64,000 nt of DNA from Lachnospiraceae bacterium (GTDB lineage: Bacteria > Bacillota > Clostridia > Lachnospirales > Lachnospiraceae). Position 1 is the stretch's first letter; every line of letters begins with the position of its first letter. The notes beneath the pieces are model-generated. The model saw only the letters and a list, made by a program, of their open reading frames with translations. It made no database searches and was not told the DNA's origin. Where the stretch lies: the NCBI GenBank assembly GCA_017509985.1, contig JAFWOE010000004.1, positions 63,100 to 127,099 on the forward strand, read 5' to 3'. Positions 51,463 through 61,204 of the stretch are shown piece by piece. A program made the position numbers and the translations under genes.

Positions 51463-51960
51463 ATGTTCAAATCCGGCGACTACGTAGTAAAACCGAATAC
51501 CGGAGTCTGCAGAATAGAGAGTATAGTGCAGATGGATCTAACGGGGGCAGGGGAAAAGGATTATTATCAGCTTCATCCGGTTGGCGATACCCGTTCGATC
51601 CTTTATGTAACGGTAGATGCGGACAGGGCACGGCTTCGCGCTGCCATGAGCAGGGAAGAAGCGCTCGAGTTCATCCGGAAGATACCCGAGATGGAGATCG
51701 CCTGGATCGAAAACGAGAAAATGAGGGAGCAGTGCTACAAGGACGCATTCCGGACGAACGAGGCGGCGGATCTGGTCTCTATAATTAAAAATATGTATCT
51801 GCGCCGGCAGGAGCGGCTGGCGGCGGGTAAAAAAATAACAGCGACGGACGACAAGTATTCTCAACAGGCCGAAAAAATTCTTTATTCGGAAATTGCCGTT
51901 TCTCTTGACAGCACCTTCGAAGATGTTAAAACATTAATAACAGATGTTTTAGAAGGATGA
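51463..51960 (+). CDS. CarD/CdnL-family RNA-polymerase-binding transcription factor
   Basis: N-terminal Tudor-like MFKSGDYVVKPNTGVCRIESI. C-terminal helical domain with …EKILYSEIAVSL… matching the CarD_CdnL_TRCF family. Confidence 0.75.
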   Translation: MFKSGDYVVKPNTGVCRIESIVQMDLTGAGEKDYYQLHPVGDTRSILYVTVDADRARLRAAMSREEALEFIRKIPEMEIAWIENEKMREQCYKDAFRTNEAADLVSIIKNMYLRRQERLAAGKKITATDDKYSQQAEKILYSEIAVSLDSTFEDVKTLITDVLEG

Positions 51961-52037
51961 CCGTGTCGATTAGCGGAAGCCGGAATGGTTTTCCGCATAA
52001 TACAGTATATCCAGGTTGATCATAAAGGAGAAAAACT

Positions 52038-53957
52038 ATGCGCGACGGTTTTATCAAAGCCGCAGCGGCTGCGCCGCTTATTGAGGTCGCAGACTGCATT
52101 CACAACAGCGAGCAGATCCTGACGCTTATTAAAACAATGGAGCAGAACGGTGCCGGCATTATGGTTTTCCCGGAGCTTTGCCTTACCGGTTATACCTGCC
52201 GCGACCTGTTCTTTCAGAACACCCTGCTGGATTCCGCAAAGGAACGACTGATCTGGCTCGCGCATCAGACCGAAGCGGTCGACGGGCTGATCGTTGTCGG
52301 CCTTCCGTTCGAAGTCGAAGGAAAACTTTACAATACAGCGGCTTTCCTGAACCGGGGGAAGATCCTCGGCATTGTTCCGAAGACCCATCTTCCGAACAGC
52401 GACGGATACAATGAAGCAAGGCAGTTTGCTCCTGCGCCGAAGAATGTGAAGCTTGTATGCATCGACGGGGAGGAAATACCTTTCGGCGCAAAACTCCTCT
52501 TTGCCTGCGATGAGATGAAATCGCTGGTTCTGGGCTGTGAGATCTGTGAGGATCTGTGGGCACCGGAATCGCCCGGGATCCGCCTGGCTAAGGCCGGCGC
52601 CACGATCCTGGTCAATCCGGCCGCCGGAGCCGAGATCACTGCCCGTGCGAAAGCGCGCAGAGCTCTTCTGAAAACAACATCATCCAAACTGCTGTGCGGT
52701 TACGTATACGCGTCCGCCGGCGAAGGAGAATCCACTACGGACGGCGTCTATGCCGGCCACAGCCTTATCTGCGAGAGCGGAGAGGTCCTTGCGGAGACCA
52801 GGCGGTTCACAAACGAAACAATCTACGCCGATATTGACGTGAAAAAGATCCTTTCGGACCGAAGAAAAACGATGACTTTCCCGGCAGCGGGAAGCGAAGG
52901 CTTTACGGTCTGCCGCTTTTCTCTTGAGCTGAAGGAAACGCGCCTGTCGCGCCGGTTCGATCCGTTTCCTTTCGTACCGGAAGAAGAGGAGGAACGGAAG
53001 GAGCGATGCGGGGAGATCCTGATGATCCAGGCCATGGCCCTCAAAAAAAGGCTTTCGCATGCACACAGTGATACGGCGGTCTTAGGCATCTCCGGGGGAC
53101 TGGATTCCACGCTGGCACTGCTGGTTTCCGCTCAGGCCTGCGATCTTCTGGGAAGAGACCGGAGCAGCATTCTGGCCGTAACGATGCCCTGTTTCGGGAC
53201 GACAGACCGCACCTACAACAATGCATGCGAACTGGCAAAGAGCCTCGGCACCACCTTTATGGAGGTTGACATAAAGAATGCCGTCAGCGGACATTTCCGC
53301 GATATCGGCCATGATCCGAAGACCAGGGACGTCACATATGAAAACAGCCAGGCGAGGGAGCGGACACAGGTCCTGATGGATCTGGCCAACCGCTTTAACG
53401 GCCTTGTGGTCGGAACAGGAGATCTTTCGGAGCTGGCACTGGGCTGGGCGACATACAACGGCGACCATATGTCCATGTACGGGGTCAACGGATCCATACC
53501 CAAGACGCTGATCCGCCATATCGTACGTTTTTACGCAGATACCTGTGAAGATAAGAAGCTTTCGGAACTGCTCCTGGATATCCTGGATACTCCGGTCAGC
53601 CCGGAATTGCTTCCGCCGAAAGACGGGGAGATCGCTCAGAAAACGGAAGACCTGGTCGGTCCGTATGAACTGCACGATTTCTTCCTGTTTTACATGCTGC
53701 GTGCCGGCTATGAACCGGCCAAGATCCTGCGGGTGGCGCAGATCGCGTTCAGAGGCAGATATGACCGGACTGTGATCCTGAAATGGCTGAAAACTTTCTA
53801 TCGCCGCTTCTTTACACAGCAGTTCAAGCGCAGCTGCATGCCGGACGGGCCGAAAGTCGGAACCGTTTCGCTCTCGCCCAGAGGAGACTTAAGCATGCCG
53901 AGCGACGCGAACGCAGGGATCTGGCTTCGGGAAATAGAACAGCTGGAAGAAGCCTGA
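52038..53957 (+). CDS. nadE: Glutamine-dependent NAD+ synthetase (nitrilase domain + NAD synthase domain)
   Basis: 639 aa. N-terminal CN-hydrolase (E-K-C triad region FPELCLTGY… CEDLW). C-terminal PP-loop SGGLDS. Confidence 0.9.
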   Translation: MRDGFIKAAAAAPLIEVADCIHNSEQILTLIKTMEQNGAGIMVFPELCLTGYTCRDLFFQNTLLDSAKERLIWLAHQTEAVDGLIVVGLPFEVEGKLYNTAAFLNRGKILGIVPKTHLPNSDGYNEARQFAPAPKNVKLVCIDGEEIPFGAKLLFACDEMKSLVLGCEICEDLWAPESPGIRLAKAGATILVNPAAGAEITARAKARRALLKTTSSKLLCGYVYASAGEGESTTDGVYAGHSLICESGEVLAETRRFTNETIYADIDVKKILSDRRKTMTFPAAGSEGFTVCRFSLELKETRLSRRFDPFPFVPEEEEERKERCGEILMIQAMALKKRLSHAHSDTAVLGISGGLDSTLALLVSAQACDLLGRDRSSILAVTMPCFGTTDRTYNNACELAKSLGTTFMEVDIKNAVSGHFRDIGHDPKTRDVTYENSQARERTQVLMDLANRFNGLVVGTGDLSELALGWATYNGDHMSMYGVNGSIPKTLIRHIVRFYADTCEDKKLSELLLDILDTPVSPELLPPKDGEIAQKTEDLVGPYELHDFFLFYMLRAGYEPAKILRVAQIAFRGRYDRTVILKWLKTFYRRFFTQQFKRSCMPDGPKVGTVSLSPRGDLSMPSDANAGIWLREIEQLEEA

Positions 53958-53971
53958 CGGCCGTACCGCTT

Positions 53972-54844
53972 ATGAATGAAATAAAACCCTGGCTCGGAAA
54001 TGCAAAGGCGACTGCCGGCATTCTGAAAAAATACGGAATACACACAAAAAAGAAATACGGACAGAATTTTCTGATCGATGAGCGTGTGCTGGAGAAAATA
54101 ATCGAAGCTGCCGGCATCACAAAAGACGATTTCGTACTCGAGATCGGACCGGGGATCGGAACGCTGACCCAGTATCTTGGCGCAGCAGCGGGAGAGGTCC
54201 TGGCTGTTGAAGTGGATAAAAGCCTGCTTCCGGTGCTGGAGGAGACCCTGTCCGGATTTGATAATGTTACCGTCCTGTATGCGGATATTTTAAAGACCGA
54301 TCTGCAGAAGATCGCCGAAGAAAAAAACGGCGGAAGACCGATCCGGATCGTTGCAAACCTTCCCTATTACATCACAACACCGATCATCATGGGCATTCTG
54401 GAAAGCCGCGCGCCGGTGAGTTCCCAGACATTTATGGTGCAGAAGGAGGTCGCGGAACGGATGGCTGCCGCGCCCGGCGGAAAGGAATACGGAGCCCTTT
54501 CGCTGGCGGTGCAGTATTACTGTACGACCGAATTGAATGCGAATGTTCCGCCGAACTGCTTTATCCCCCGGCCGGACGTGCAAAGTACGGTCATAACATT
54601 GACAACGCGCCGGGAGAAGACCGCGGTTGCGGATGAGGAACTGCTGTTCAGAGTGATCCGGGCCGCATTTGCAATGAGAAGAAAGACTCTGGTCAACTGC
54701 CTGAAGAGTTCACAGGATCTGAACTTGAGCCGTGCAGAGGCGGAAAAACTGCTGGCCGATACCGGCCTGGAGCAGAACATTCGGGGCGAAGCGCTTTCGC
54801 TGGAAGATTTCGTCCGCCTGACGGATCGTCTGGCTGCCCGGTAA
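53972..54844 (+). CDS. rsmA: 16S rRNA (adenine1518/1519-N6)-dimethyltransferase RsmA/KsgA
   Basis: MNEIKPWLGN…KKKYGQNFLID… SAM motif LEIGPGIGTLT. Start at the internal ATG 53972 (the longer ORF-track start overlaps nadE). Confidence 0.9.
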   Translation: MNEIKPWLGNAKATAGILKKYGIHTKKKYGQNFLIDERVLEKIIEAAGITKDDFVLEIGPGIGTLTQYLGAAAGEVLAVEVDKSLLPVLEETLSGFDNVTVLYADILKTDLQKIAEEKNGGRPIRIVANLPYYITTPIIMGILESRAPVSSQTFMVQKEVAERMAAAPGGKEYGALSLAVQYYCTTELNANVPPNCFIPRPDVQSTVITLTTRREKTAVADEELLFRVIRAAFAMRRKTLVNCLKSSQDLNLSRAEAEKLLADTGLEQNIRGEALSLEDFVRLTDRLAAR

Positions 54845-54855
54845 AGCGCAGCAAA

Positions 54856-54895
54856 ACGAACAAACCGCTGCTTTCGCAGCGGTTTTGCATTCGTT
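54856..54895 (+). terminator. Terminator after rsmA
   Basis: aaaccgctgc-tttc-gcagcggttt hairpin followed by TGCATTCGTT. Confidence 0.55.
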
Positions 54896-55063
54896 AGGAA
54901 CTGCACAGCTCCAGTTCCATTTTTAAAGGAAGGAGAACCGATTAAATCGGTAAATGAAAAAGAGATATTGTTGTTATAATCAATCTATGCTTATACGATA
55001 ACGTCGAAATATGAGAAATCAATGTGCGGCATGTAACGAAATTGTGAACTAATTGTTAACTAT

Positions 55064-55097
55064 AAAACGACAGGAGTCCGACTCCTGCCGTTTTTTA
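55064..55097. terminator. Bidirectional terminator (argD 3' end)
   Basis: AAAACGA-caggagtccgactcctg-CCGTTTTTT. Confidence 0.7.
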
Positions 55098-55140
55098 TGC
55101 TTATTATTATCAGGGATCCATCCCTGACGTCCGCCTGTCT

Positions 55141-56301
55141 TTACCGGCAGGCTTTTTTGAGTACGTCCAGTGCTTCTTTCAGAAGATCCATCGGGATGTT
55201 CAGCGCGGGGAGGAGACGGACCTTATCTTTTGCTGTCAGGCAGAGGACGCCGTTCTCCATACATTCTGCAAGAACATCTCCGGCAGGTTTTACTGTTTTG
55301 ATTCCGACCATAAGGCCCAGGCCGCTGACGCCTTCCACGCCTTCGGCCCCGTTCATGGTATCGAAAATGAAGCGGCTCTTCTCCCTTACTTCTTCCAGAA
55401 GCGCGTCATCGATCCGGGAAACGATGCTGCAGGCAGCCGCGCAGGAGACCGGATTGCCGCCGAATGTAGAGCCGTGCTCTCCGTAGCCCATAACGTTCTG
55501 AAGCTTTTCGGAGAACAGGGTCGCGCCGAGCGGAAGGCCGCCGGCAAGGCCTTTTGCCGTGGAGACGATATCCGGGCTGATGCCGTAATTCATGTAAGCG
55601 TAGAATTCGCCTGTCCGTCCGTTGCCGGTCTGAACTTCATCGACAGCGAGAAGGATATCGTTTTCTTCCGTAAAACGGCGCAGTTCCTTCACATATTCCC
55701 GGGAAAGCGGAACGACGCCGCCTTCGCCCTGGATGCATTCGATCAGTACCGCGGCAACCTTGTTTTCGCGGACAAGTCGCTTCATATCATCCATATCCTC
55801 CGGCTCCGCATGGACAAAGCCGGGAGTCAGGGGTGTAAACAGTTCATGGTAATGTTCCTGGCCGGTCGCGGAAAGCGTAGTGATCGTCCGGCCGTGAAAA
55901 CTGTTCTTCAGCGTGATGATCGTGCTGTATTCCGGTCCTTTGGTATCGGCCGCGTGCTTCCTGGCGCCCTTGATCAGGCACTCGTTGGCTTCGGCTCCGG
56001 AATTGGAGAAGAACATTTTGGACATGCCGGTCCTTTCGCAGAGCATCTCGGCGAGCCTCACGCATGGTTCGGTATAGTAAAGATTGGACATGTGCTGGAC
56101 TTTTTTGATCTGTTCGGTCACGGCATTCTGCCAGATCTCATCGGCGATGCCGAAGGAGGTCACACCGATGCCGCTGCCCATATCGATATAGCGCTTTCCG
56201 TCATAAGAAAAGGCGAGCGATCCCCTGCCGGAAGCGATCTCCACCGGAAAACGTTTATAGGTGTTCATAATGTAACGGGTATCTTTTTCAATGATGCTCA
56301 T
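55141..56301 (-). CDS. argD: Acetylornithine aminotransferase
   Basis: 386-aa class-III PLP aminotransferase with ArgD-type N-terminus and lysine motif region. Confidence 0.9.
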   Translation of the reverse strand: MSIIEKDTRYIMNTYKRFPVEIASGRGSLAFSYDGKRYIDMGSGIGVTSFGIADEIWQNAVTEQIKKVQHMSNLYYTEPCVRLAEMLCERTGMSKMFFSNSGAEANECLIKGARKHAADTKGPEYSTIITLKNSFHGRTITTLSATGQEHYHELFTPLTPGFVHAEPEDMDDMKRLVRENKVAAVLIECIQGEGGVVPLSREYVKELRRFTEENDILLAVDEVQTGNGRTGEFYAYMNYGISPDIVSTAKGLAGGLPLGATLFSEKLQNVMGYGEHGSTFGGNPVSCAAACSIVSRIDDALLEEVREKSRFIFDTMNGAEGVEGVSGLGLMVGIKTVKPAGDVLAECMENGVLCLTAKDKVRLLPALNIPMDLLKEALDVLKKACR

Positions 56302-57171
56302 TTAAGCCTCTCCTTTTTTAACCAGCGTGCCGGCGCCTTCGTTCGTCAGAAGTTCCATCAGGATCGAATGCGGTTTGGTTCCGTCCATGATTACGACCTG
56401 GCGTACGCCCAGATTGATGGCATCGATGCAGCAGTCCACTTTCGGGATCATTCCGCCGGAGATCACGCCTTCTTCACGAAGCCGGGCAGCCATTTCCAGG
56501 TCGATCTCCGGGATGAGGCTGGAAGGATCGTCTTTGTCCCGCAGCACGCCCGCAATATCCGTCATCATGATCAGGCGTTCCGCATTCAGTGCAGCGGCGA
56601 TCCGGGCCGCAGCGGTATCGCCGTTGATGTTGTAGGTGTTTCCGTATTTGTCTCCGCCCACGGAGCAGATCACAGGGATATAGCCTTTTTCCAGGAGGTC
56701 AAGGACCGGCTGGATATGGATCCGGACGATCTCACCGACGTAGCCGAGACGCGGGTCCTTGGTGGCCGCTTCGATCAGATGTCCGTCGAGCCCGGAAATG
56801 CCGATCGCGCGTCCGCCCTTGCTTTCCAGAAGGTTGACCAGGGTCTTGTTGACCTTTCCGGCAAGAACCATCTGCACGATGTCCACGGTCTCTTTGTCCG
56901 TGACGCGCAGGCCGTCGACGAATTCGGCCTTCTTGCCCAGACGGTCCATCAGATCGTTGATCTCAGGGCCGCCTCCGTGCACGAGGACGACCTTGACGCC
57001 GATCAGCCGCAGAAGAGAAATATCTTCCATGACCTGCATCTTGAGCTCGTCATTGACCATGGCGTTGCCGCCGTATTTAATGACGATGATCTTTTTGTGA
57101 TAATTCCGGATATAGGGCAGTGCGTTTATAATGACTTCTGCCCGTTCGGCATTGGATAATATGGTTTCCAT
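56302..57171 (-). CDS. argB: Acetylglutamate kinase
   Basis: 289 aa. AAK fold. IVIKYGGNAM N-terminal motif. Confidence 0.95.
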   Translation of the reverse strand: METILSNAERAEVIINALPYIRNYHKKIIVIKYGGNAMVNDELKMQVMEDISLLRLIGVKVVLVHGGGPEINDLMDRLGKKAEFVDGLRVTDKETVDIVQMVLAGKVNKTLVNLLESKGGRAIGISGLDGHLIEAATKDPRLGYVGEIVRIHIQPVLDLLEKGYIPVICSVGGDKYGNTYNINGDTAAARIAAALNAERLIMMTDIAGVLRDKDDPSSLIPEIDLEMAARLREEGVISGGMIPKVDCCIDAINLGVRQVVIMDGTKPHSILMELLTNEGAGTLVKKGEA

Positions 57172-57202
57172 GATTTTGTCTCCCTTTGATCTGGTGCGGC
57201 GT

Positions 57203-58417
57203 TCAGCTGCGGTAATCCCCGTTGATCTTTACATAGTCGTAGGTGAGATCGCAGCCCCACGCGGTGGCGCAGGCCTCCCCGTCGTTCAGACCGACCAGAA
57301 TATTGATTTCGTTTTTAAGAAGCACCTCTTTGGCTTTCTCTTCGGAGAATTCGATTCCGGACCCGTTTTTGCAGACGTCAACGCGGCCGGCAGCGCTTTC
57401 AAATGAAACATCGATTCTGCTGATGTCGACGTCGGCCTTGCTGTAACCGATCGCGCAGAGCACACGGCCCCAGTTGGCGTCGGCGCCGAACATGGCAGCC
57501 TTTAACAGGCTGGAACAGATCACACTTTTCGCAACGGTTTTCGCGGCAGCGTCGTTTTTTGCCCCGGTGACGGTGCATTCCAGCAGCTTGGTGGCGCCTT
57601 CCCCGTCACTTGCGATCTGCCGGCAGAGAGAGACGGTGACCGTGTTAAGGGCTTTCATGAATTCTGCGAAATCCGTGCCTTCCCCGGTGATCTCCCGGTT
57701 TCCGGCGAGTCCGTTGGCCAGAACGACTTCCATGTCATTGGTGGAGGTATCACCGTCGACGCTCAGCATGTTGAAGGTTTTTGCAACATCGCTTTTGAGA
57801 GCCTTGCCGAGCATTTCCGGAGAGATCGCCGCATCGGTCGTGATAAAGACCAGCATCGTAGCCATGTCGGGATGGATCATCCCGCTGCCTTTGGCGATCC
57901 CGCCGAGGCGGCAGGTCTTTCCGTCGAGGATGAATTCAACCGCTGCTTCTTTTTTGACGGTATCCGTCGTCATGATGCCTTCGAGGGCGTCGCTGCTGCC
58001 GTCCGCTGAAAGAGAAGCGGCCAGGGCAGGCAGGCCTTCCCGGATCGGTTCAATGGAAAGAGGCTGGCCGATCACGCCCGTGGAGGCGACGACGATATCT
58101 TCCGCAGGAATGCCGAGGGCTTTTCCCGCGAGTTCACAGGTCTGTTCGGCGATCTCGATCCCGTTGGCGTTGCAGGTGTTGGCGTTGCCGCTGTTGCAGA
58201 TGACAGCCCGGGCATAACCGTCCGCGATATGCGATTTTGTGACTGTGATCGGGGCGCCCTTGACAAGGTTTGTCGTATATACTGCCGCGCAGGAAGCGCG
58301 TGTCTCGCTGACAATGAGCGAAAGGTCACGTTTGCCGTTCCTGTATTTGATTCCGCAGTTGATGCCTGACGCGGTATAGCCTTTTGCTGCGCAGACGCCG
58401 CCGGTAATGATCTTCAT
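57203..58417 (-). CDS. argJ: Bifunctional glutamate N-acetyltransferase / amino-acid acetyltransferase ArgJ
   Basis: ArgJ family with autoproteolytic ATML site (HPDMATML). Start at the internal ATG 58417 preceded by AAGGAGA. Confidence 0.9.
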   Translation of the reverse strand: MKIITGGVCAAKGYTASGINCGIKYRNGKRDLSLIVSETRASCAAVYTTNLVKGAPITVTKSHIADGYARAVICNSGNANTCNANGIEIAEQTCELAGKALGIPAEDIVVASTGVIGQPLSIEPIREGLPALAASLSADGSSDALEGIMTTDTVKKEAAVEFILDGKTCRLGGIAKGSGMIHPDMATMLVFITTDAAISPEMLGKALKSDVAKTFNMLSVDGDTSTNDMEVVLANGLAGNREITGEGTDFAEFMKALNTVTVSLCRQIASDGEGATKLLECTVTGAKNDAAAKTVAKSVICSSLLKAAMFGADANWGRVLCAIGYSKADVDISRIDVSFESAAGRVDVCKNGSGIEFSEEKAKEVLLKNEINILVGLNDGEACATAWGCDLTYDYVKINGDYRS

Positions 58418-58478
58418 GAGCTGTTCTCCTTCAATTTCGGGCATAGTGTTATGTAAACGTATGATTATGATCCGCTTT

Positions 58479-59402
58479 TCAGCACACCAGGCCGGTCTCT
58501 TCCGGAAGGCCCAGGGCGATGTTCATGTTCTGGATCGCGGCACCCGAAGCCCCTTTTCCCAGATTGTCGAAACGGGCTGTGAGAAGGATGCGTTCTTCAT
58601 TGCCGTGAACACTGATTTCCATCGTATCCGATCCGGAAAAAGCATTGGAAGCCAGGAACTTTCCTTCGCCGGCTTCCGGCCGGAAGTGTACTAAACCATT
58701 ATTATAATAATCTGCGTAGATTTTTTCTATACTTTTTATATCGGAAGCAATGTTTTTTGCAAAAAGAGGAACGGTGATCAGCATCCCGGCGTAATACGGG
58801 GCAACGACCGGTGTAAATACAGGGGTGTTCTCAAGACCGCAGATCTTTTTCATTTCCGGCAGGTGCTTATGCGCCTGATCCAGGCCGTACATTCTGGGTG
58901 AATCCAGCAGGATGTCACGTGCATCCGCTTCGTATTCCGCGATCATCTTTTTTCCTCCGCCGGAATAGCCGGAAATGCCGAAACAGGAGAGCAGGGTATC
59001 CGGAGCAAGGATCCCGTTCTCCACGAGCGGGGAGACAAGGGCGATAAAGCCGCTGGCGTAACATCCGGGATTGGCGATTCGTTTGGAATTCTTTATAAGC
59101 TCGCGGTTTCCGCGGACCTCCGGAAAGCCGTATACCCAGCCCGGGGCAGTCCGGTGCGCGGTCGAGGTGTCGATGATAACGGCATCGGATCCTTCTGCGA
59201 GGGCAACCGCTTCTCTTGCCGCGTCATCGGGGAGGCAGAGGAACGCGATGTCACAGCTGTTCAGGGCCTCTTTCCGGTATGCATTGTCCTTTCGGTGCTC
59301 TTCGGGAAGAATGCTGACGGCCAGATCGTTCCGCCCGCTGAGCCGTTCCCTGATGCGTAATCCTGTCGTTCCCGAACTGCCGTCAACAAATACCTTTATC
59401 AT
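58479..59402 (-). CDS. argC: N-acetyl-gamma-glutamyl-phosphate reductase
   Basis: 307 aa. NAD-binding GSSGTTG. Catalytic Cys region (NPGCYASG). AAAGGAG RBS. Confidence 0.9.
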   Translation of the reverse strand: MIKVFVDGSSGTTGLRIRERLSGRNDLAVSILPEEHRKDNAYRKEALNSCDIAFLCLPDDAAREAVALAEGSDAVIIDTSTAHRTAPGWVYGFPEVRGNRELIKNSKRIANPGCYASGFIALVSPLVENGILAPDTLLSCFGISGYSGGGKKMIAEYEADARDILLDSPRMYGLDQAHKHLPEMKKICGLENTPVFTPVVAPYYAGMLITVPLFAKNIASDIKSIEKIYADYYNNGLVHFRPEAGEGKFLASNAFSGSDTMEISVHGNEERILLTARFDNLGKGASGAAIQNMNIALGLPEETGLVC

Positions 59403-59420
59403 AAGATGCTCCTTTCAAAT

Positions 59421-59491
59421 TTTATGCATAAATATACAACTTTATAAATATAAAATCAAGAATTATTGCATATATATTTAAATTATATGCA
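59421..59491. promoter_or_regulatory. Putative ArgR operator (ARG-box-like TGCATA palindromes) in the argC promoter region
   Basis: tTATGCATAAATATA (59422-59436) and the inverted repeat TGCATATA-n9-TATATGCA (59467-59491), in a >80% AT region immediately upstream of argCJBD. Confidence 0.45.
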
Positions 59492-59540
59492 TATTTATCA
59501 ATTGCTTATAGTTTTTGCTTTGGTTGTTTTGCCGTATGGT

Positions 59541-59574
59541 GTCCCTTCTCATTCACCGGCTTCTGTGTTATAAT
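59541..59574 (+). promoter_or_regulatory. Putative extended -10 promoter of the fumarase genes
   Basis: TGtTATAAT at 59566-59574 with a weak -35 (TTCACC) 17 nt upstream. Confidence 0.45.
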
Positions 59575-59624
59575 CTACACGGTCTTAAAACCCGGTGCGG
59601 TCCGGTGAAAAAGGAGAGAGTTCC

Positions 59625-60476
59625 ATGCCCTGGCGCGAAATACATGTGGATACAATAATCAACGCCGTTAAGGATCTTATCATAGATGCGTGCTGTATTC
59701 TACCGGAAGATTCAAAATGTGCGCTGGAAAAAGCATTTCAAACGGAAACTTCCCCGGCGGCCAGGGATGCGCTTCAGGATATCCTGACCAATGCCGGAAT
59801 CGCTGCGTCAAAGAGGATCCCCATCTGCCAGGATACCGGTCTGGCTGTTTTCTTTCTGGAGATCGGGCAGGATGTCCATATTGTCGGCGGGGCCCTGCAG
59901 GACGCGATGGATAAAGCCGTAGCACTGGGGTATACGGAAGGATATCTTCGGAAAAGTACACAGGATCACGCCCTGGGAGAAAGGGTCAACCGGGGTGACA
60001 ATACGCCCGCAATCTGCCACTGCAGGATCGTCCCCGGGGACGCGTTAAAGATCACGTTCTGTCCGAAGGGCGGCGGATCGGAGAACATGTCTGCCGTCGG
60101 AATGTTGAAGCCCGCGGCCGGCCGGGACGGGATCATTGAGTTTGTCGTCAATACCGTGCGGGAAGCCGGGCCGAACCCCTGTCCGCCGGTCATTGTGGGA
60201 GTAGGAGTCGGCGGCACGATGGAGAAAGCGGCGCTGATGGCCAAGGAGGCACTTATCCGGACGACCGGCGAAAAAAGCCCCGATCCGGAAGCGGCAGCGC
60301 TGGAAGAAGAGCTTCTGGAAAAGATCAACCGGCTCGGGATCGGCGCAGCCGGCTACGGCGGAAAGGTCACGGCCCTGGCTGTGCATGTGCAGACGCATCC
60401 GGTCCATCTGGCGAGCCTGCCGGTGGCTGTCAATATACAGTGCCATGCCGCAAGGCATAAGAGCGTGGTGCTTTAA
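59625..60476 (+). CDS. Class I (Fe-S) fumarate hydratase / L(+)-tartrate dehydratase alpha subunit
   Basis: Fe-S hydro-lyase alpha (Cys ligands CQDTG…, …CPKGGGSEN…). Start at ATG 59625 after AAAGGAGAGAG. Confidence 0.85.
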   Translation: MPWREIHVDTIINAVKDLIIDACCILPEDSKCALEKAFQTETSPAARDALQDILTNAGIAASKRIPICQDTGLAVFFLEIGQDVHIVGGALQDAMDKAVALGYTEGYLRKSTQDHALGERVNRGDNTPAICHCRIVPGDALKITFCPKGGGSENMSAVGMLKPAAGRDGIIEFVVNTVREAGPNPCPPVIVGVGVGGTMEKAALMAKEALIRTTGEKSPDPEAAALEEELLEKINRLGIGAAGYGGKVTALAVHVQTHPVHLASLPVAVNIQCHAARHKSVVL

Positions 60477-60551
60477 GCTCCGGACGGAGAGTTTCCGGGG
60501 AGGACGAAAAAAGATATTCCGCCTTTTGCGGAGCGGAACGCAGGAGGGATC

Positions 60552-61112
60552 ATGGCAGAAAAACATATAGAACTTCCTTTAACGGAAGAGATCATAAAAG
60601 AGCTTCATTCAGGCGACCGTGTGCTTTTGAGCGGAACGGTCTACACCGCCCGGGACGAGGCGCATCTGTACCTTTGCCGGATGATGGATGCCAAAGAGCC
60701 TCTGCCCTTCGACCTGAACGGGGCGGTCATCTATTATTCCGGCCCCTGTCCGGCGCCTCCGGGAGCCGTGATCGGCCCCGCAGGGCCTACCACATCCGGC
60801 AGGATGGATGCGTACGCACCGAGGCTGCTGGACGCCGGGCTGAAAGGGATGATCGGCAAAGGCAAGAGAAATAAAGCCGTAAAGGAAAGCATCGTGAAGA
60901 ACAGGGCGGTCTATTTCGGAGCGGTCGGCGGTGCGGGAGCCCTGCTTTCCAGCTGCATCAAAGAGGCCGAAGTCATAGCTTTTCCGGAGCTGGGGGCCGA
61001 GGCCGTCTATCGTCTCCGGGTCGAAGATTTTCCGTGTGCGGTCGTGAACGACAGCTACGGAGGCGATCTGTACGAAGAAGGTGTCCGGAACAACTGTGTA
61101 AACACAGACTGA
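60552..61112 (+). CDS. Class I fumarate hydratase beta subunit
   Basis: 186-aa Fe-S hydro-lyase beta (swivelling beta/beta/alpha) domain. Confidence 0.85.
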   Translation: MAEKHIELPLTEEIIKELHSGDRVLLSGTVYTARDEAHLYLCRMMDAKEPLPFDLNGAVIYYSGPCPAPPGAVIGPAGPTTSGRMDAYAPRLLDAGLKGMIGKGKRNKAVKESIVKNRAVYFGAVGGAGALLSSCIKEAEVIAFPELGAEAVYRLRVEDFPCAVVNDSYGGDLYEEGVRNNCVNTD

Positions 61113-61204
61113 TATAGTAATGACCGGACCAGGTCCGGCAGCAGGAAATGTCGAAAAACGTTATGAAACAACAGCGAGTGCATTGATCATTAAGGAGACA
61201 GAAT

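Noticed and set aside
52183-53675. Several 95-197-aa minus-strand ORFs
   Set aside because: All lie inside nadE on the opposite strand. No support.
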